Shown here: in pieces, positions 27,764-37,687 of the stretch | Position numbering within the stretch: position 1 is the first letter of the stretch | Layout: the number at the start of each line of letters is the position of its first letter | Assembly: GCA_963702845.1 (NCBI GenBank) | Contig: OY969763.1 | Span: 160,001-224,000, forward strand | Length of the DNA: 64,000 nucleotides | Direction of reading: 5' to 3' | From: an uncultured Verrucomicrobiae bacterium | GTDB taxonomy: Bacteria > Verrucomicrobiota > Verrucomicrobiia > Limisphaerales > Palsa-1400 | The notes under the pieces: model-generated | What the model saw: only the letters and a program-made list of their open reading frames with translations | What the model was told of the DNA's origin: nothing | Database searches by the model: none | Position numbers and translations under genes: made by a program

Positions 27764-28033
27764 GATTGGGTTAGGACTCAATACGCTAACCTCATCCGCT
27801 ACAAACCATCTGGCAAATACTATGCCCGCATCAAAGTTAACGGCAAGATTTTTAAGAAGACTCTGAAAACTGCCGCGATCAGCGTCGCGAAGATTCGATT
27901 TGGCCGACCTAGAGAAAGAACTGCGTCAAAATGCAGAACTTAAGCTCTCCGAGCATGACCCAAAGATGACGTTTGAGTTCGCTCTGAACAATTATCGGCA
28001 ACGGTTCGATACCAATGTTCGTCTGAAGCAGCA
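27764..28033 (+). pseudogene. N-terminal remnant of a tyrosine recombinase/integrase
   Basis: 'YANLIRYKPSGKYYARIKVNGKIFKKTLKT..ISVAKIR' then, after a frameshift, 'LADLEKE'. Resembles integrase N-termini; no catalytic domain; adjacent to the tRNA. Confidence 0.65.
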
Positions 28034-28160
28034 GAATGACGCCCCTCATAACGGGAATGTGCTTCCTGTAGGCTGGCGCGCGGTAGAAACAATTTGCTGC
28101 TTAGAAATTCGTGATCTAGTTTGAAAAGTTGACAGGAACTTACGAAACGGGAGGGGAACC

Positions 28161-29723
28161 ATGAGGAAAGTCACACCAACCACGCGGCGCTCGGCAAATC
28201 GACGCGGCCTTTTAAAAGTCACTGGGCCCAGGCGGGCAAGGTCTAATCGGATTTCAAATGAGCTGTTCGAGGACAGTATTCATACGCTGAAGCATTCCCA
28301 GGGAAAGGTTCGCAAGGAGAGCGACAACATCGGTTCGCTCGAAATACCGGGCGATGCGTATTGGGGAATCAATACAGCGCGAGCGCTCGAGAACTTTCCC
28401 ATTAGCGGCCGACCGATCTCAACCTATCCGGATTTGATATTTGGTTATGCGTGTGTGAAGCAGGCATCCAGTCGTGCCAATGCCGAGATCGGTGAGTTGG
28501 ACGAGGGGAAGGCCGACCTCATCGACGAGGTATGCGAAGAGATCAAACACGGTGGTCTTCAGGATCAATTCGTTGTCGATATCATACAAGGTGGCGCAGG
28601 CACTTCCACCAACATGAACGTCAACGAGGTGATTGCCAACCGCGGCGCTGAATTGGCGGGAGGCGCAAAGGGTAAATACGATATTCTCGATCCGAACGAT
28701 CACGTCAATCGCGGCCAAAGCACGAACGATACTTATCCGACAGCTTTGAAAGTTGGTTTGTGCCTCGCCATTGAACGGCTTTTGGAAGAACTGGCGCGAC
28801 TCGAAATTGCGTTCCGGGACAAGGGACGTGAGTTCGCCGGGATAGTTAAGGTGGGCCGCACGCAGCTGCAGGACGCCGTGCCGATGACCTTGCAGCAGGA
28901 ATTTGAAAGCTTCGCAGTTACTCTGGGAGAAGATCACGATCTTCTTGAGCTGGTGCGGCAAAGAATGTGGGAGGTGAACCTGGGTGGCACGGCTATCGGC
29001 ACAGGTATCGCTGCGGATCCTCGTTTCCCTGCGTTAGCTGCCAGGCATCTGAGTGACATTACCGGCTACGACATTAAGACAGCAGCCAATCTGATAGAAG
29101 CCACGAGCGACGTTGGCGTTTTCCTGAAGCTGTCGGGGGCGCTAAAGATCACGGCCATGAAGTTATCGAAAATTTGCAACGACCTGCGGTTGTTAAGCTC
29201 GGGGCCTCAGGTAGGCTTCGGTGAAATCAACTTACCCGCACGCCAGGCTGGTTCGAGCATCATGCCGGGAAAAGTGAATCCAGTCATTCCCGAAGTAGTG
29301 AACCAGGTAGCGTTCGTAGTGGCCGGCCACGACGTGACGATTGCCATGGCAGTCGAAGGTGGTCAGTTGCAGCTTAATGCCTTTGAGCCGGTGATTACTC
29401 ATTCACTTTTCGAAGGCCTGAAGTGGTTAACTGCTGCAATCGCAACGTTGCGCGTTAATTGCGTCGATGGGATAACCGCCAACACGCGACGTTTGGCTGA
29501 ACAGGTGGGTTCTTTCGTGGGCGTAGTAACCGCACTCATTCCCCACATTGGCTACGGCCCGGCGAGCAAATTGGCCAAAGAAGCTTTGGCTACGAATGCC
29601 AACATCGCCGACATGGTCGTAAAATCTGGCCTTCTCACGCGAGAACAGGTCACGGCCATGATGTCCCCGGAACGGTTAACCAGTAATCGAGCCTCGAAGA
29701 AAAATCGAAGCCGGCGAGAATAG
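28161..29723 (+). CDS. aspA: Aspartate ammonia-lyase
   Basis: 'QGGAGTSTNMN', 'QSTND.YPT', 'GRTQLQDAVP', 'GSSIMPGKVNPVIPE' and 'GQLQLNAFEP'. Confidence 0.93.
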   Translation: MRKVTPTTRRSANRRGLLKVTGPRRARSNRISNELFEDSIHTLKHSQGKVRKESDNIGSLEIPGDAYWGINTARALENFPISGRPISTYPDLIFGYACVKQASSRANAEIGELDEGKADLIDEVCEEIKHGGLQDQFVVDIIQGGAGTSTNMNVNEVIANRGAELAGGAKGKYDILDPNDHVNRGQSTNDTYPTALKVGLCLAIERLLEELARLEIAFRDKGREFAGIVKVGRTQLQDAVPMTLQQEFESFAVTLGEDHDLLELVRQRMWEVNLGGTAIGTGIAADPRFPALAARHLSDITGYDIKTAANLIEATSDVGVFLKLSGALKITAMKLSKICNDLRLLSSGPQVGFGEINLPARQAGSSIMPGKVNPVIPEVVNQVAFVVAGHDVTIAMAVEGGQLQLNAFEPVITHSLFEGLKWLTAAIATLRVNCVDGITANTRRLAEQVGSFVGVVTALIPHIGYGPASKLAKEALATNANIADMVVKSGLLTREQVTAMMSPERLTSNRASKKNRSRRE

Positions 29724-30101
29724 AATTCGTCCATAACCCCACAGCGTCGCCTCACAAGTGCGCGGTGCTGATGGGCATAAAAAAGCATGATGGCAGCCGT
29801 GATCATAACGGCCAATACAAGCATCAACATCAGCCTGCGTTCCTGGGTGTTCTTTTTGTACGCTGGACAAATTGTCAGAAAACGTTCCTCCCGAAAAGAA
29901 CTCCTGAGCATCAAAGAGAGCATATGACCGGCTCCCTTCATTCCATTCCATCAGCCGACCTGAACTTCACCCTGTTCTCATGGGAACACATAGCAGACGA
30001 CACTGTCCACGACCTGGACTATTACACTGAGCTTCTCGCTGTCGGCTGTGAGGTTTGACGTTGCTGCGGCCGCGGATGGCTTGCCACTGGATGATTGACA
30101 C

Positions 30102-30145
30102 CCTCAATTTGTGGGTATTCCGCGCTTTTCAGATTCGTGCAGAAT
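30102..30145 (+). promoter_or_regulatory. Putative response-regulator box plus -10 element
   Basis: CCTCAATTTGTGGGTATTC is 18/19 identical to 41341-41359; CAGAAT starts 20 nt after the box end. Confidence 0.65.
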
Positions 30146-30212
30146 CAACAGCTGTCCCCCAAAGTAGTCGTTGAGACGCTGTTGTCGTCCCAATTGTCCA
30201 TTGCTGTTGCTT

Positions 30213-33200
30213 ATGAATGCTTATCTTAAGACCCAGTTTCTCGTTGCCGTGTCGTCTGTCGCAACCGCCGGTTTCCTTCATGCAGGAACGGTTCTGGTCA
30301 GTGACACATATACTGTTACCGGTTCCGGCTCTGGTTTCGCCCTGAACACGGGCGTTAATACGGGAATCAATCCGCCAACGACGCGACTCACCGGGACGAT
30401 GGCGGCTAATCTGCGCTACATAAACACCGGCACGAAAGCGACGTCGGCTTATACTATCGGCAGCAATAAACTGAAGGTGGCGGCGGTGGTGAACGCCGGC
30501 CGTTTTGTTTTGTCCGCGAATGGCACGACGGCTTTTGATTTTGGGCCAGCGCTCGGAGTCACTGGCGCGACGCCGTCGAACCCGGTGGTTTACGATCTCG
30601 CAGTTAACATGGACAATGATGCGACGGCGACGGATCGCATTTCCTTTGCGCTCGGTACGGCGGAAGGTGATTCCACGACGTGGGCGTTTGGCGTGCAACT
30701 TTATCGTGTGGCGAGCGGCAATACGTTTTACACCATCGGCAAACGTATTGATACCACTTCGTCGGGATTGGCGAGTGATTTGAATGCGGCAATCACTACG
30801 TTGGGGGCTGGCACATACGGCACCGAACTGACTTTCCTCGTGCGTGTGACGGATGCAGGCTCCGAGACGTCAGCATTCCATTCGCGCGTGCAGGTTTCGC
30901 TCAATGGCGGCAGCACGTGGATCTATGACACGGCCACCGATACTGATCTGACGAGCGGATTTCGTTTTAACGGCGCGGCGCGCATCATCATGTGGGATCA
31001 GGCTCCGAGTGCGATTGCGACCTATGACAATTTTTCCGTGACGTGGAATTCCGGTCCGCACACATGGACGGGCGCTGGTGCGAATGGCAATTGGTCGACG
31101 GATGCGAACTGGGGCGGACCCGTGCCGGTATCTGGAGACACATTGATTTTTGCAGGCACGACGAGACAGACGAGCACGAACGACCTGGCGAGCCTTTCTG
31201 TGCCGTGGGTGACGTTCAATAACGGCAGTTTCACACTGTGGGGGAATTCGCTCACGGCCAGTGTGGCAATCACGAATGCGAGCGGCGTGAACACTTTCAA
31301 AATGCCCCTCGCGTTTGGTGTTGCTGCTCCCAAGACGTGGAGCGTGGCGAGCGGAACGGAAGTCGTGCTGGATAACACGACGACAGTCGAAACCAACGGC
31401 GACCATACGTTGGTCGGCGGCGGAACGATTCGGACAAAAGGGACGATGAACATCGGCCAGGCTACGGCGTCGATTCCGGCCTTCATCCTGAATGAAGGCA
31501 AACATATCGTCGATGGCGGCACCTTCAATTCTCGCGGTGGTTATCGCATCGGTTCACTCGCGACTGGTGCGGGTGCGCAAACGGTTTTGACCAACGGAGC
31601 GACATTTAATTTGACTGCCTCCACGGCGAATCTTCGCGTGGGCGACAGCACCAATCCGGTCGCCGCGCAACTAACGCTCAACAACAGCACGCTCACGATG
31701 GCGGGAGGTGTTCTTTGCGTTCCGTTTGTCGCCGGCGCGATTGGGTCTGTGAATCAAGTCGGTGGAACGGTCTCTGGATGTGTTCTTAGCTTTAGTGATT
31801 CGGGCGCCGGCACTGGCACTTACACCGTGACGGGAGGCACATTGCAACCGTTGCAGATCAGCGAGGGTACGTCCACCGGCACTTCAACGATTACGTTTGA
31901 TAACGCGACGTTGCGTCCTGCCACTGGCGCGAGCAGTTCGTTCATGTCCGGTTTGAACACGGCGCAAATCAATGCGGGTGGGCTTACGATCGATACGCCG
32001 TTGGATATTACTGTGTCACAAGTCATGAGCGGCACCGGTGCGTTGAACAAAACTGGAACCGCCGCGCTGACGCTTAGCGGAGCCAATACTTTCAGCGGCG
32101 GAACTGTTTTGACGGCGGGCACATTGAACCTCGGCAATGCCGCCGCGGCTGGAACTGGAACGTTGACGCTCAACGGTGGCACGATCACGGCGAGCGGTGC
32201 CGCGCGAACTTTGAGCAATCCTGTGACTGTGGGAGGGAATTTCACGGTAGGGGGAACGAATGCGCTGACATTCTCCGGCAGCGCCAATCTTGGTAGCGCG
32301 ACCTGGTCGATCAGTGCCGCTAATACTGCGACGACTACGCTTTCGGGAATCGTGAGTGGAACTGGTGGTTTGACGAAAGATGGTTCCGGGACATTGCAAC
32401 TTTCGGGCAGCAGTGCGAACACCTATTCGGGGGTGACGACAGTCGATTCAGGAACGCTGTTGCTGGCAAAAAGCGCTGGTGTAAATGCGATCGGTGGAAG
32501 TTTGACTGTCGGTGACGGCACTGGTGGAGCAGGCGCGGACATAGTTCGCCTCAGCGCGGCCGATCAAATCGCGACCACCGCGGTGACCGTTTCTGCCAGC
32601 GGATTGTTGGATCTCAATGGATTTAATGAAACGATCGGTTCGTTGTCCGCCAGCGCAGGCGCGCAAGTCGGCCTCGGCGCGGGAACTCTGACCGTCGGTG
32701 ACAGCACTTCAACGACTTATCCTGGCAGTATTTCTGGCACGGGCAGCGTGGTTAAAGCCGGTTCCGGGACGTTGACCTTGACCGGTGCGAGCACTTTTAG
32801 CGGTGCTTCTACGGTCAGTGCCGGCGTTTTGAATATTCAGAATGCAACTGCCCTTGGCGGAACTGGGGCGGTAAGCGTGAGCAGCGGTGCAGCGTTGGAA
32901 TTACCAAGCGGAATTACGATCAGCGGCCAATCGCTGACGCTGAATGGCAGTGGCATTAGCGGAAACGGTGCATTGCGAAATGTTAGCGGCAATAACACTT
33001 GGACGGGTGCTGTGACTTTGGGTAGCGCGTCGACGGTTCAATCCGATTCTGGAACGTTGACGATCAGTGGGGGCGTCAGTGGCGGTCAAACGCTCACGGT
33101 GGAAGGCGCGGGCAATACAACAGTCAGCGGCGTCATCAGCGGAGCAGGTGCGCTAACGAAGAACGATGCTGGAACGGTTACGTTGATTGGCGCGAATACA

Positions 33201-36200
33201 TATTCGGGTAACACCACTATAAACGCGGGCACATTGAACGTCGGCAACGCCGCGGCTGGAACCGGAACGTTGACGCTCAACGGTGGCACGATCACGGCAA
33301 GTGGTGCCGCGCAAACTTTGAGCAATCCTGTGACTGTGGGGGGAAATTTCACGGTGGGCGGAACGAATGCGCTGACACTCTCCGGCAGCGCCAATCTTGG
33401 AAGCGCGACCTGGTCGATCAATGCCGCTAATGCTGCGACGACTACGCTTTCGGGAATCGTCAGTGGCACTGGTGGTTTGACGAAAGATGGTTCCGGAACA
33501 TTGCAACTTTCGGGCAGCGGCGCGAACACGTATTCGGGCGCGACGACGGTTGATTCGGGAACGCTTTTGTTGGCAAAGACTGCTGGCGTAAATGCGATCG
33601 CTGGAAGTTTGACTGTCGGTGATGGCACTGGTGGAGCAGGCGCGGACATAGTTCGCCTCAGCGCAGCTGATCAAATCGCAACTACCGCGGTAACAGTTTC
33701 CGCGAGCGGTTTGTTGGATCTCAATGGATTTAATGAAACGATCGGTTCGTTGTCAGGCAGCGCAGGTGCGCAAGTCGGCCTCGGCGCGGGAACTTTGACC
33801 GTCGGTGACAGCACTTCAACGACTTATCCTGGCAGTATTTCTGGCACGGGCAGTGTGGTTAAAACCGGTTCTGGCACATTGACCTTAACCAGTGCGAGCA
33901 CATTTAGCGGTGCCGCCACGGTCAGTGCCGGCGTTTTGAATGTTCAGAATGCAACTGCGCTTGGCGGAACTGGGGCGGTAAGCGTGAGCAGCGGCGCGGC
34001 GCTTGAATTAGTGGGCGGCATTACGGTCAGCGGCCAACCGTTGATGCTGAATGGCAGCGGTATCAGCGGGAATGGTGCGCTGCGAAACGTTAGCGGCAAT
34101 AATACATGGGCTGGTGCTGTGACGTTGGGCAGCGCGTCGACAGTTCAATCTGATTCTGGAACTTTGACGATCGGCGGTGGGGTCAGTGGCGGTCAAACGC
34201 TGACGGTAGAAGGCGCGGGCAATACAACGGTCAGCGGCGTTATCAGCGGAACGGGTGCGTTAACGAAGAATGATGCTGGAACGGTTACGTTGAGCGGCGC
34301 GAATACATATTCGGGTAACACCACCATCAACGCGGGAACTGTCGCACTCGGGGCGACCGGTGCGATTGCATCGCCGACAATTACTGTTGCGAGCGGCGCG
34401 ACTTATAATGTTTCTGCAGTGACGGGTTATACGTTGGGAGCGACTCAAATACTTGCGCGTAATGCGACGAGCGGTGCGGGTACTGTTTCCGGTTCGATGA
34501 CGCTTGCTTCGGGGGCGAAGATTTCCCTGCAAGCTGATGGCAGCGCCAGCAGCGTCGGGACTTTGAGCGTCAGTGGTGGCCTCACGCTGAATAACAACAC
34601 GATCACGATCAACGTCACCGGAGCGGCTCTTGGCATTGGCACTTATACGCTCGTCACATATAGCGGAGCGCGGACTGGTGCTTTCAGTAACACTCCGACA
34701 ATCACAGGTTCGGGTGTCGGTTCAGGACTAACCGCGACTCTCGTGCAAGGCTCGGGGACAATCTCGTTGCAAGTTGCCGCGCCGGGACATGGTATTGCTG
34801 CGGCTCGAATTAAAGTTGTTGAAAACGATTTAGCTAACAACAACACGTCGGTGACTGTCAGCACGGTTGTTTCGGTCAACGGTATGTCTGTACGTGACGG
34901 CTCAAGCCGCGGCGATTACACGATTCAAATCGGCTCAACTGAGACGGATGATTTTACCTCTGGTGCGGTGATGACTTGTGTCGCCGAAAATGGGCGCGAT
35001 AACGGTGAAGATTCGGGAATCAATTACTGCACGAGTTCGATCAGCAGCAGTTCTGGAGTTTCGTATTTTATTCCGACGTCGCAGGCTCCGACAGGCGCTG
35101 AGTATAACATCAATGTTGCTGCTGCGTATTTTCCATACAATCGATACCTGGCCGGCTTTGCGAAAAATTCAGCAGGCACATCGGGCGGCCCGAACGATTC
35201 GCTGACAGGATCGCCAGGTTTGGTTTTGGGAACGCATTTCATCGACCATGGCGACGGCACTTCGACAGTGAATCTAACCAGCATGGGAATCAATTCGCAG
35301 ACAGATGGCATCCTGCTCGTGACGGCGGCGGCGAATAATAACGAATACGCGGTCACGCAGGCGAATGCAGACGGCACTTGGACGATCCTGGTAAAAGACA
35401 ACGGAACGAATGGCACCGCGACTACACAGGGCCCGGTTTCGTTTGCTTTCGTGCCGCTGTCGAATCCTTCGATCATTACCGGCAAATTCCACAGTGACGG
35501 AACTATCCTGATGTATAACGGAGCTTCGCCGCGCTTCAACGTGGTCAGTAATTCAACGGGCACATGGACGTTGACCATCCCCGGCTATTCGCCATCCACA
35601 GGTGTTCTCGTGCTTTCGCCAGAAACGGCCGGAGGCGCTAACTCGGACAACGTTGTGAGTTATCAGCCCAGTGGTAGTTCGTGGGTAATCACCTCCCGCG
35701 ACCTGCCGGGGCTCGGCTTGCAGACGCCGGGCGATCCAGTTTGTTCATTCGTATTCGTTCCGGCACCGACGGCGGCTCTCGTAGCGCCTGCGAATGGCAG
35801 CACGATTTCGTCGGCTCCAACCTTAACGGTAACGGCGAGCAATCCGGGAACGGGTAATGTTAAGGTGACCTTCTTCGGTCATCGCGCGACAATCCTTGGA
35901 CCGGGTCCCGACTTTATGATCCCCGTTTTGCCTGACACACAAAACTACGCTCGTGAAGATTCGTCCAATGGACACGCCACGCGGCAGATGTGGTATGCGC
36001 AGACGGATTGGATCGTCTCGCATCGTGATTCGGACAACATTCCGTTTGTAGCGACGCTGGGGGATTGCGTGCAGAACGGTGATACACTCAGCGGCAATCC
36101 AAATGAAGGCGAATGGCAAATTGCGACAAATGCTTATTATCGATTGGAGGACCAGGACAACACCAAACGCCTCGATGGTATTCCGTATCTTGTTAGCGTC

Positions 36201-37424
36201 GGCAACCATGATCAGGATCCGAACGGTGATCCGGATGGCACGACTACCCTCTATAACAAATATTTCGGCTCATCACATTTCACCGGCAAGTCGTATTATG
36301 GCGGCCATTACAGTACGAACAATGACACTTGGTATGCATTATACAGCGCCGGCAATTTGGACTTTCTTGTCATCTCGTTTGAATACGGTCGTTACGGTCA
36401 AACGGTTCTGGATTGGGCACAGGGTATCATTGATCTATACCCAACGCGTCGGATTCTGGTGCTGACACATTTTGCGGGTGATGACACACCTGACGACACG
36501 ACTTCTTCACCATTCAGCGCGCAAGGGCAGGCGATTTACACCGCGCTTAAGGGCAATGCGAACTTTTTCATGATGCTCGGTGGCCACGTCTTCAATGAAG
36601 GTGGTGAAGGACGCCGCTCCGATACATTCAATGGCCATACCGTTCGTACATTGATCTCGGATTACCAGGGCAGGTTCAACGGTGGCAACGGTTTGATGCG
36701 TCTGATGTATTTCTCGCCGAGCAATAATATCATCAACATTAAAACGTTTTCACCGTACACCGGCTTGTTTGAAACGGATGCAAATAGCCAGTTCAGTTAC
36801 ACCTACAATATGCAACCGAACGGCGCAGGTTCACCGGCAACTGCATACGTGGCGCTCGGGACGAATTCGAACGTCACGTCCGGCAGCCAGACAAGTGTCG
36901 TATGGAATGGGCTGACAGCCAGCAAGCCGTACGAATGGTATGTTACTGTGACGGATCAAAACGGGGATTACTCAACAAGTGTTGTCTGGACTTTCCAGAC
37001 CGGCGTGGGCTTTGCGCTGCACCAGGTTCCGCCAGCGGACGCCAACGGCGACGGACTGCCGGACGCATGGGAGAGCAAATACAATGTTACCAATCCGACT
37101 GCGGATGATGATGGTGACGGGCAGTCGAACTACGCCGAATATATTGCGGGCACAAACCCACGGGACGCAACGTCGGTATTGAGGATCATCAACACGGCAT
37201 GCAACTCAGAAGGCCAGGTCACGCTCACGTGGTCTTCAGTTGGTGGGACGCAATATCGAATTCAGGTCGCCGATAGCGCGACCGCTGGTTTCACAGATAT
37301 CGTGCGCGATGCTGAAGCAGAAACAGATTCGGCACCAGCTGGACAAGCGTCGACGCAGACGTATACGGATACGACATCGTCGCCGAACGCGATCAGGTTC
37401 TACCGCGTGGAAGTCGTGCACTGA
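30213..37424 (+). CDS. Giant secreted protein: shared N-terminal domain, autotransporter-associated beta-strand repeats, metallophosphoesterase domain, C-terminal 'FYRV' domain
   Basis: Repeats 'LTKxGxGTLTLSGANTYSG'; calcineurin-like motifs PDTQ, GDCV, GNHD, LTH and GGHV; likely ATG start at 30213. Confidence 0.88.
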   Translation: MNAYLKTQFLVAVSSVATAGFLHAGTVLVSDTYTVTGSGSGFALNTGVNTGINPPTTRLTGTMAANLRYINTGTKATSAYTIGSNKLKVAAVVNAGRFVLSANGTTAFDFGPALGVTGATPSNPVVYDLAVNMDNDATATDRISFALGTAEGDSTTWAFGVQLYRVASGNTFYTIGKRIDTTSSGLASDLNAAITTLGAGTYGTELTFLVRVTDAGSETSAFHSRVQVSLNGGSTWIYDTATDTDLTSGFRFNGAARIIMWDQAPSAIATYDNFSVTWNSGPHTWTGAGANGNWSTDANWGGPVPVSGDTLIFAGTTRQTSTNDLASLSVPWVTFNNGSFTLWGNSLTASVAITNASGVNTFKMPLAFGVAAPKTWSVASGTEVVLDNTTTVETNGDHTLVGGGTIRTKGTMNIGQATASIPAFILNEGKHIVDGGTFNSRGGYRIGSLATGAGAQTVLTNGATFNLTASTANLRVGDSTNPVAAQLTLNNSTLTMAGGVLCVPFVAGAIGSVNQVGGTVSGCVLSFSDSGAGTGTYTVTGGTLQPLQISEGTSTGTSTITFDNATLRPATGASSSFMSGLNTAQINAGGLTIDTPLDITVSQVMSGTGALNKTGTAALTLSGANTFSGGTVLTAGTLNLGNAAAAGTGTLTLNGGTITASGAARTLSNPVTVGGNFTVGGTNALTFSGSANLGSATWSISAANTATTTLSGIVSGTGGLTKDGSGTLQLSGSSANTYSGVTTVDSGTLLLAKSAGVNAIGGSLTVGDGTGGAGADIVRLSAADQIATTAVTVSASGLLDLNGFNETIGSLSASAGAQVGLGAGTLTVGDSTSTTYPGSISGTGSVVKAGSGTLTLTGASTFSGASTVSAGVLNIQNATALGGTGAVSVSSGAALELPSGITISGQSLTLNGSGISGNGALRNVSGNNTWTGAVTLGSASTVQSDSGTLTISGGVSGGQTLTVEGAGNTTVSGVISGAGALTKNDAGTVTLIGANTYSGNTTINAGTLNVGNAAAGTGTLTLNGGTITASGAAQTLSNPVTVGGNFTVGGTNALTLSGSANLGSATWSINAANAATTTLSGIVSGTGGLTKDGSGTLQLSGSGANTYSGATTVDSGTLLLAKTAGVNAIAGSLTVGDGTGGAGADIVRLSAADQIATTAVTVSASGLLDLNGFNETIGSLSGSAGAQVGLGAGTLTVGDSTSTTYPGSISGTGSVVKTGSGTLTLTSASTFSGAATVSAGVLNVQNATALGGTGAVSVSSGAALELVGGITVSGQPLMLNGSGISGNGALRNVSGNNTWAGAVTLGSASTVQSDSGTLTIGGGVSGGQTLTVEGAGNTTVSGVISGTGALTKNDAGTVTLSGANTYSGNTTINAGTVALGATGAIASPTITVASGATYNVSAVTGYTLGATQILARNATSGAGTVSGSMTLASGAKISLQADGSASSVGTLSVSGGLTLNNNTITINVTGAALGIGTYTLVTYSGARTGAFSNTPTITGSGVGSGLTATLVQGSGTISLQVAAPGHGIAAARIKVVENDLANNNTSVTVSTVVSVNGMSVRDGSSRGDYTIQIGSTETDDFTSGAVMTCVAENGRDNGEDSGINYCTSSISSSSGVSYFIPTSQAPTGAEYNINVAAAYFPYNRYLAGFAKNSAGTSGGPNDSLTGSPGLVLGTHFIDHGDGTSTVNLTSMGINSQTDGILLVTAAANNNEYAVTQANADGTWTILVKDNGTNGTATTQGPVSFAFVPLSNPSIITGKFHSDGTILMYNGASPRFNVVSNSTGTWTLTIPGYSPSTGVLVLSPETAGGANSDNVVSYQPSGSSWVITSRDLPGLGLQTPGDPVCSFVFVPAPTAALVAPANGSTISSAPTLTVTASNPGTGNVKVTFFGHRATILGPGPDFMIPVLPDTQNYAREDSSNGHATRQMWYAQTDWIVSHRDSDNIPFVATLGDCVQNGDTLSGNPNEGEWQIATNAYYRLEDQDNTKRLDGIPYLVSVGNHDQDPNGDPDGTTTLYNKYFGSSHFTGKSYYGGHYSTNNDTWYALYSAGNLDFLVISFEYGRYGQTVLDWAQGIIDLYPTRRILVLTHFAGDDTPDDTTSSPFSAQGQAIYTALKGNANFFMMLGGHVFNEGGEGRRSDTFNGHTVRTLISDYQGRFNGGNGLMRLMYFSPSNNIINIKTFSPYTGLFETDANSQFSYTYNMQPNGAGSPATAYVALGTNSNVTSGSQTSVVWNGLTASKPYEWYVTVTDQNGDYSTSVVWTFQTGVGFALHQVPPADANGDGLPDAWESKYNVTNPTADDDGDGQSNYAEYIAGTNPRDATSVLRIINTACNSEGQVTLTWSSVGGTQYRIQVADSATAGFTDIVRDAEAETDSAPAGQASTQTYTDTTSSPNAIRFYRVEVVH
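32115..34331 (+). repeat. Intragenic tandem duplication of ~1.11 kb
   Basis: 32115-33224 and 33225-34331 encode near-identical blocks of ~370 aa. Confidence 0.93.
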
Positions 37425-37687
37425 GTTTGGAATTTCCCGGCGTGGTGCCGGGAAGACAGGCAAAAGGGCAACAACTGATTTCCGTGTGGGGTTCCCTGTT
37501 GCCTGTCGCTTTTGACCCGGTTGTGCGTATTCAACCGCGTCTGTCAGGCCGCTACACCGCCAATCGGTGTAGCGGTCTCTTTTTCGGCTGTATCGCGCTG
37601 TGCGAGCAGGAGGAATTGATTCATTTTGGGCCTGTCTTCGACAACGGTTTTGGTTATTATCTTCGCAAACCAAAACACCTGCCATCA

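Noticed and set aside
27764..28033. Integrase remnant as the array's IntI
   Set aside because: It is over 3 kb from the array, tRNA-associated, resembles phage or island integrase N-termini and has no catalytic domain.
29552..30058. Short ORFs between aspA and the giant protein
   Set aside because: They overlap and conflict with one another and have no recognisable motifs.
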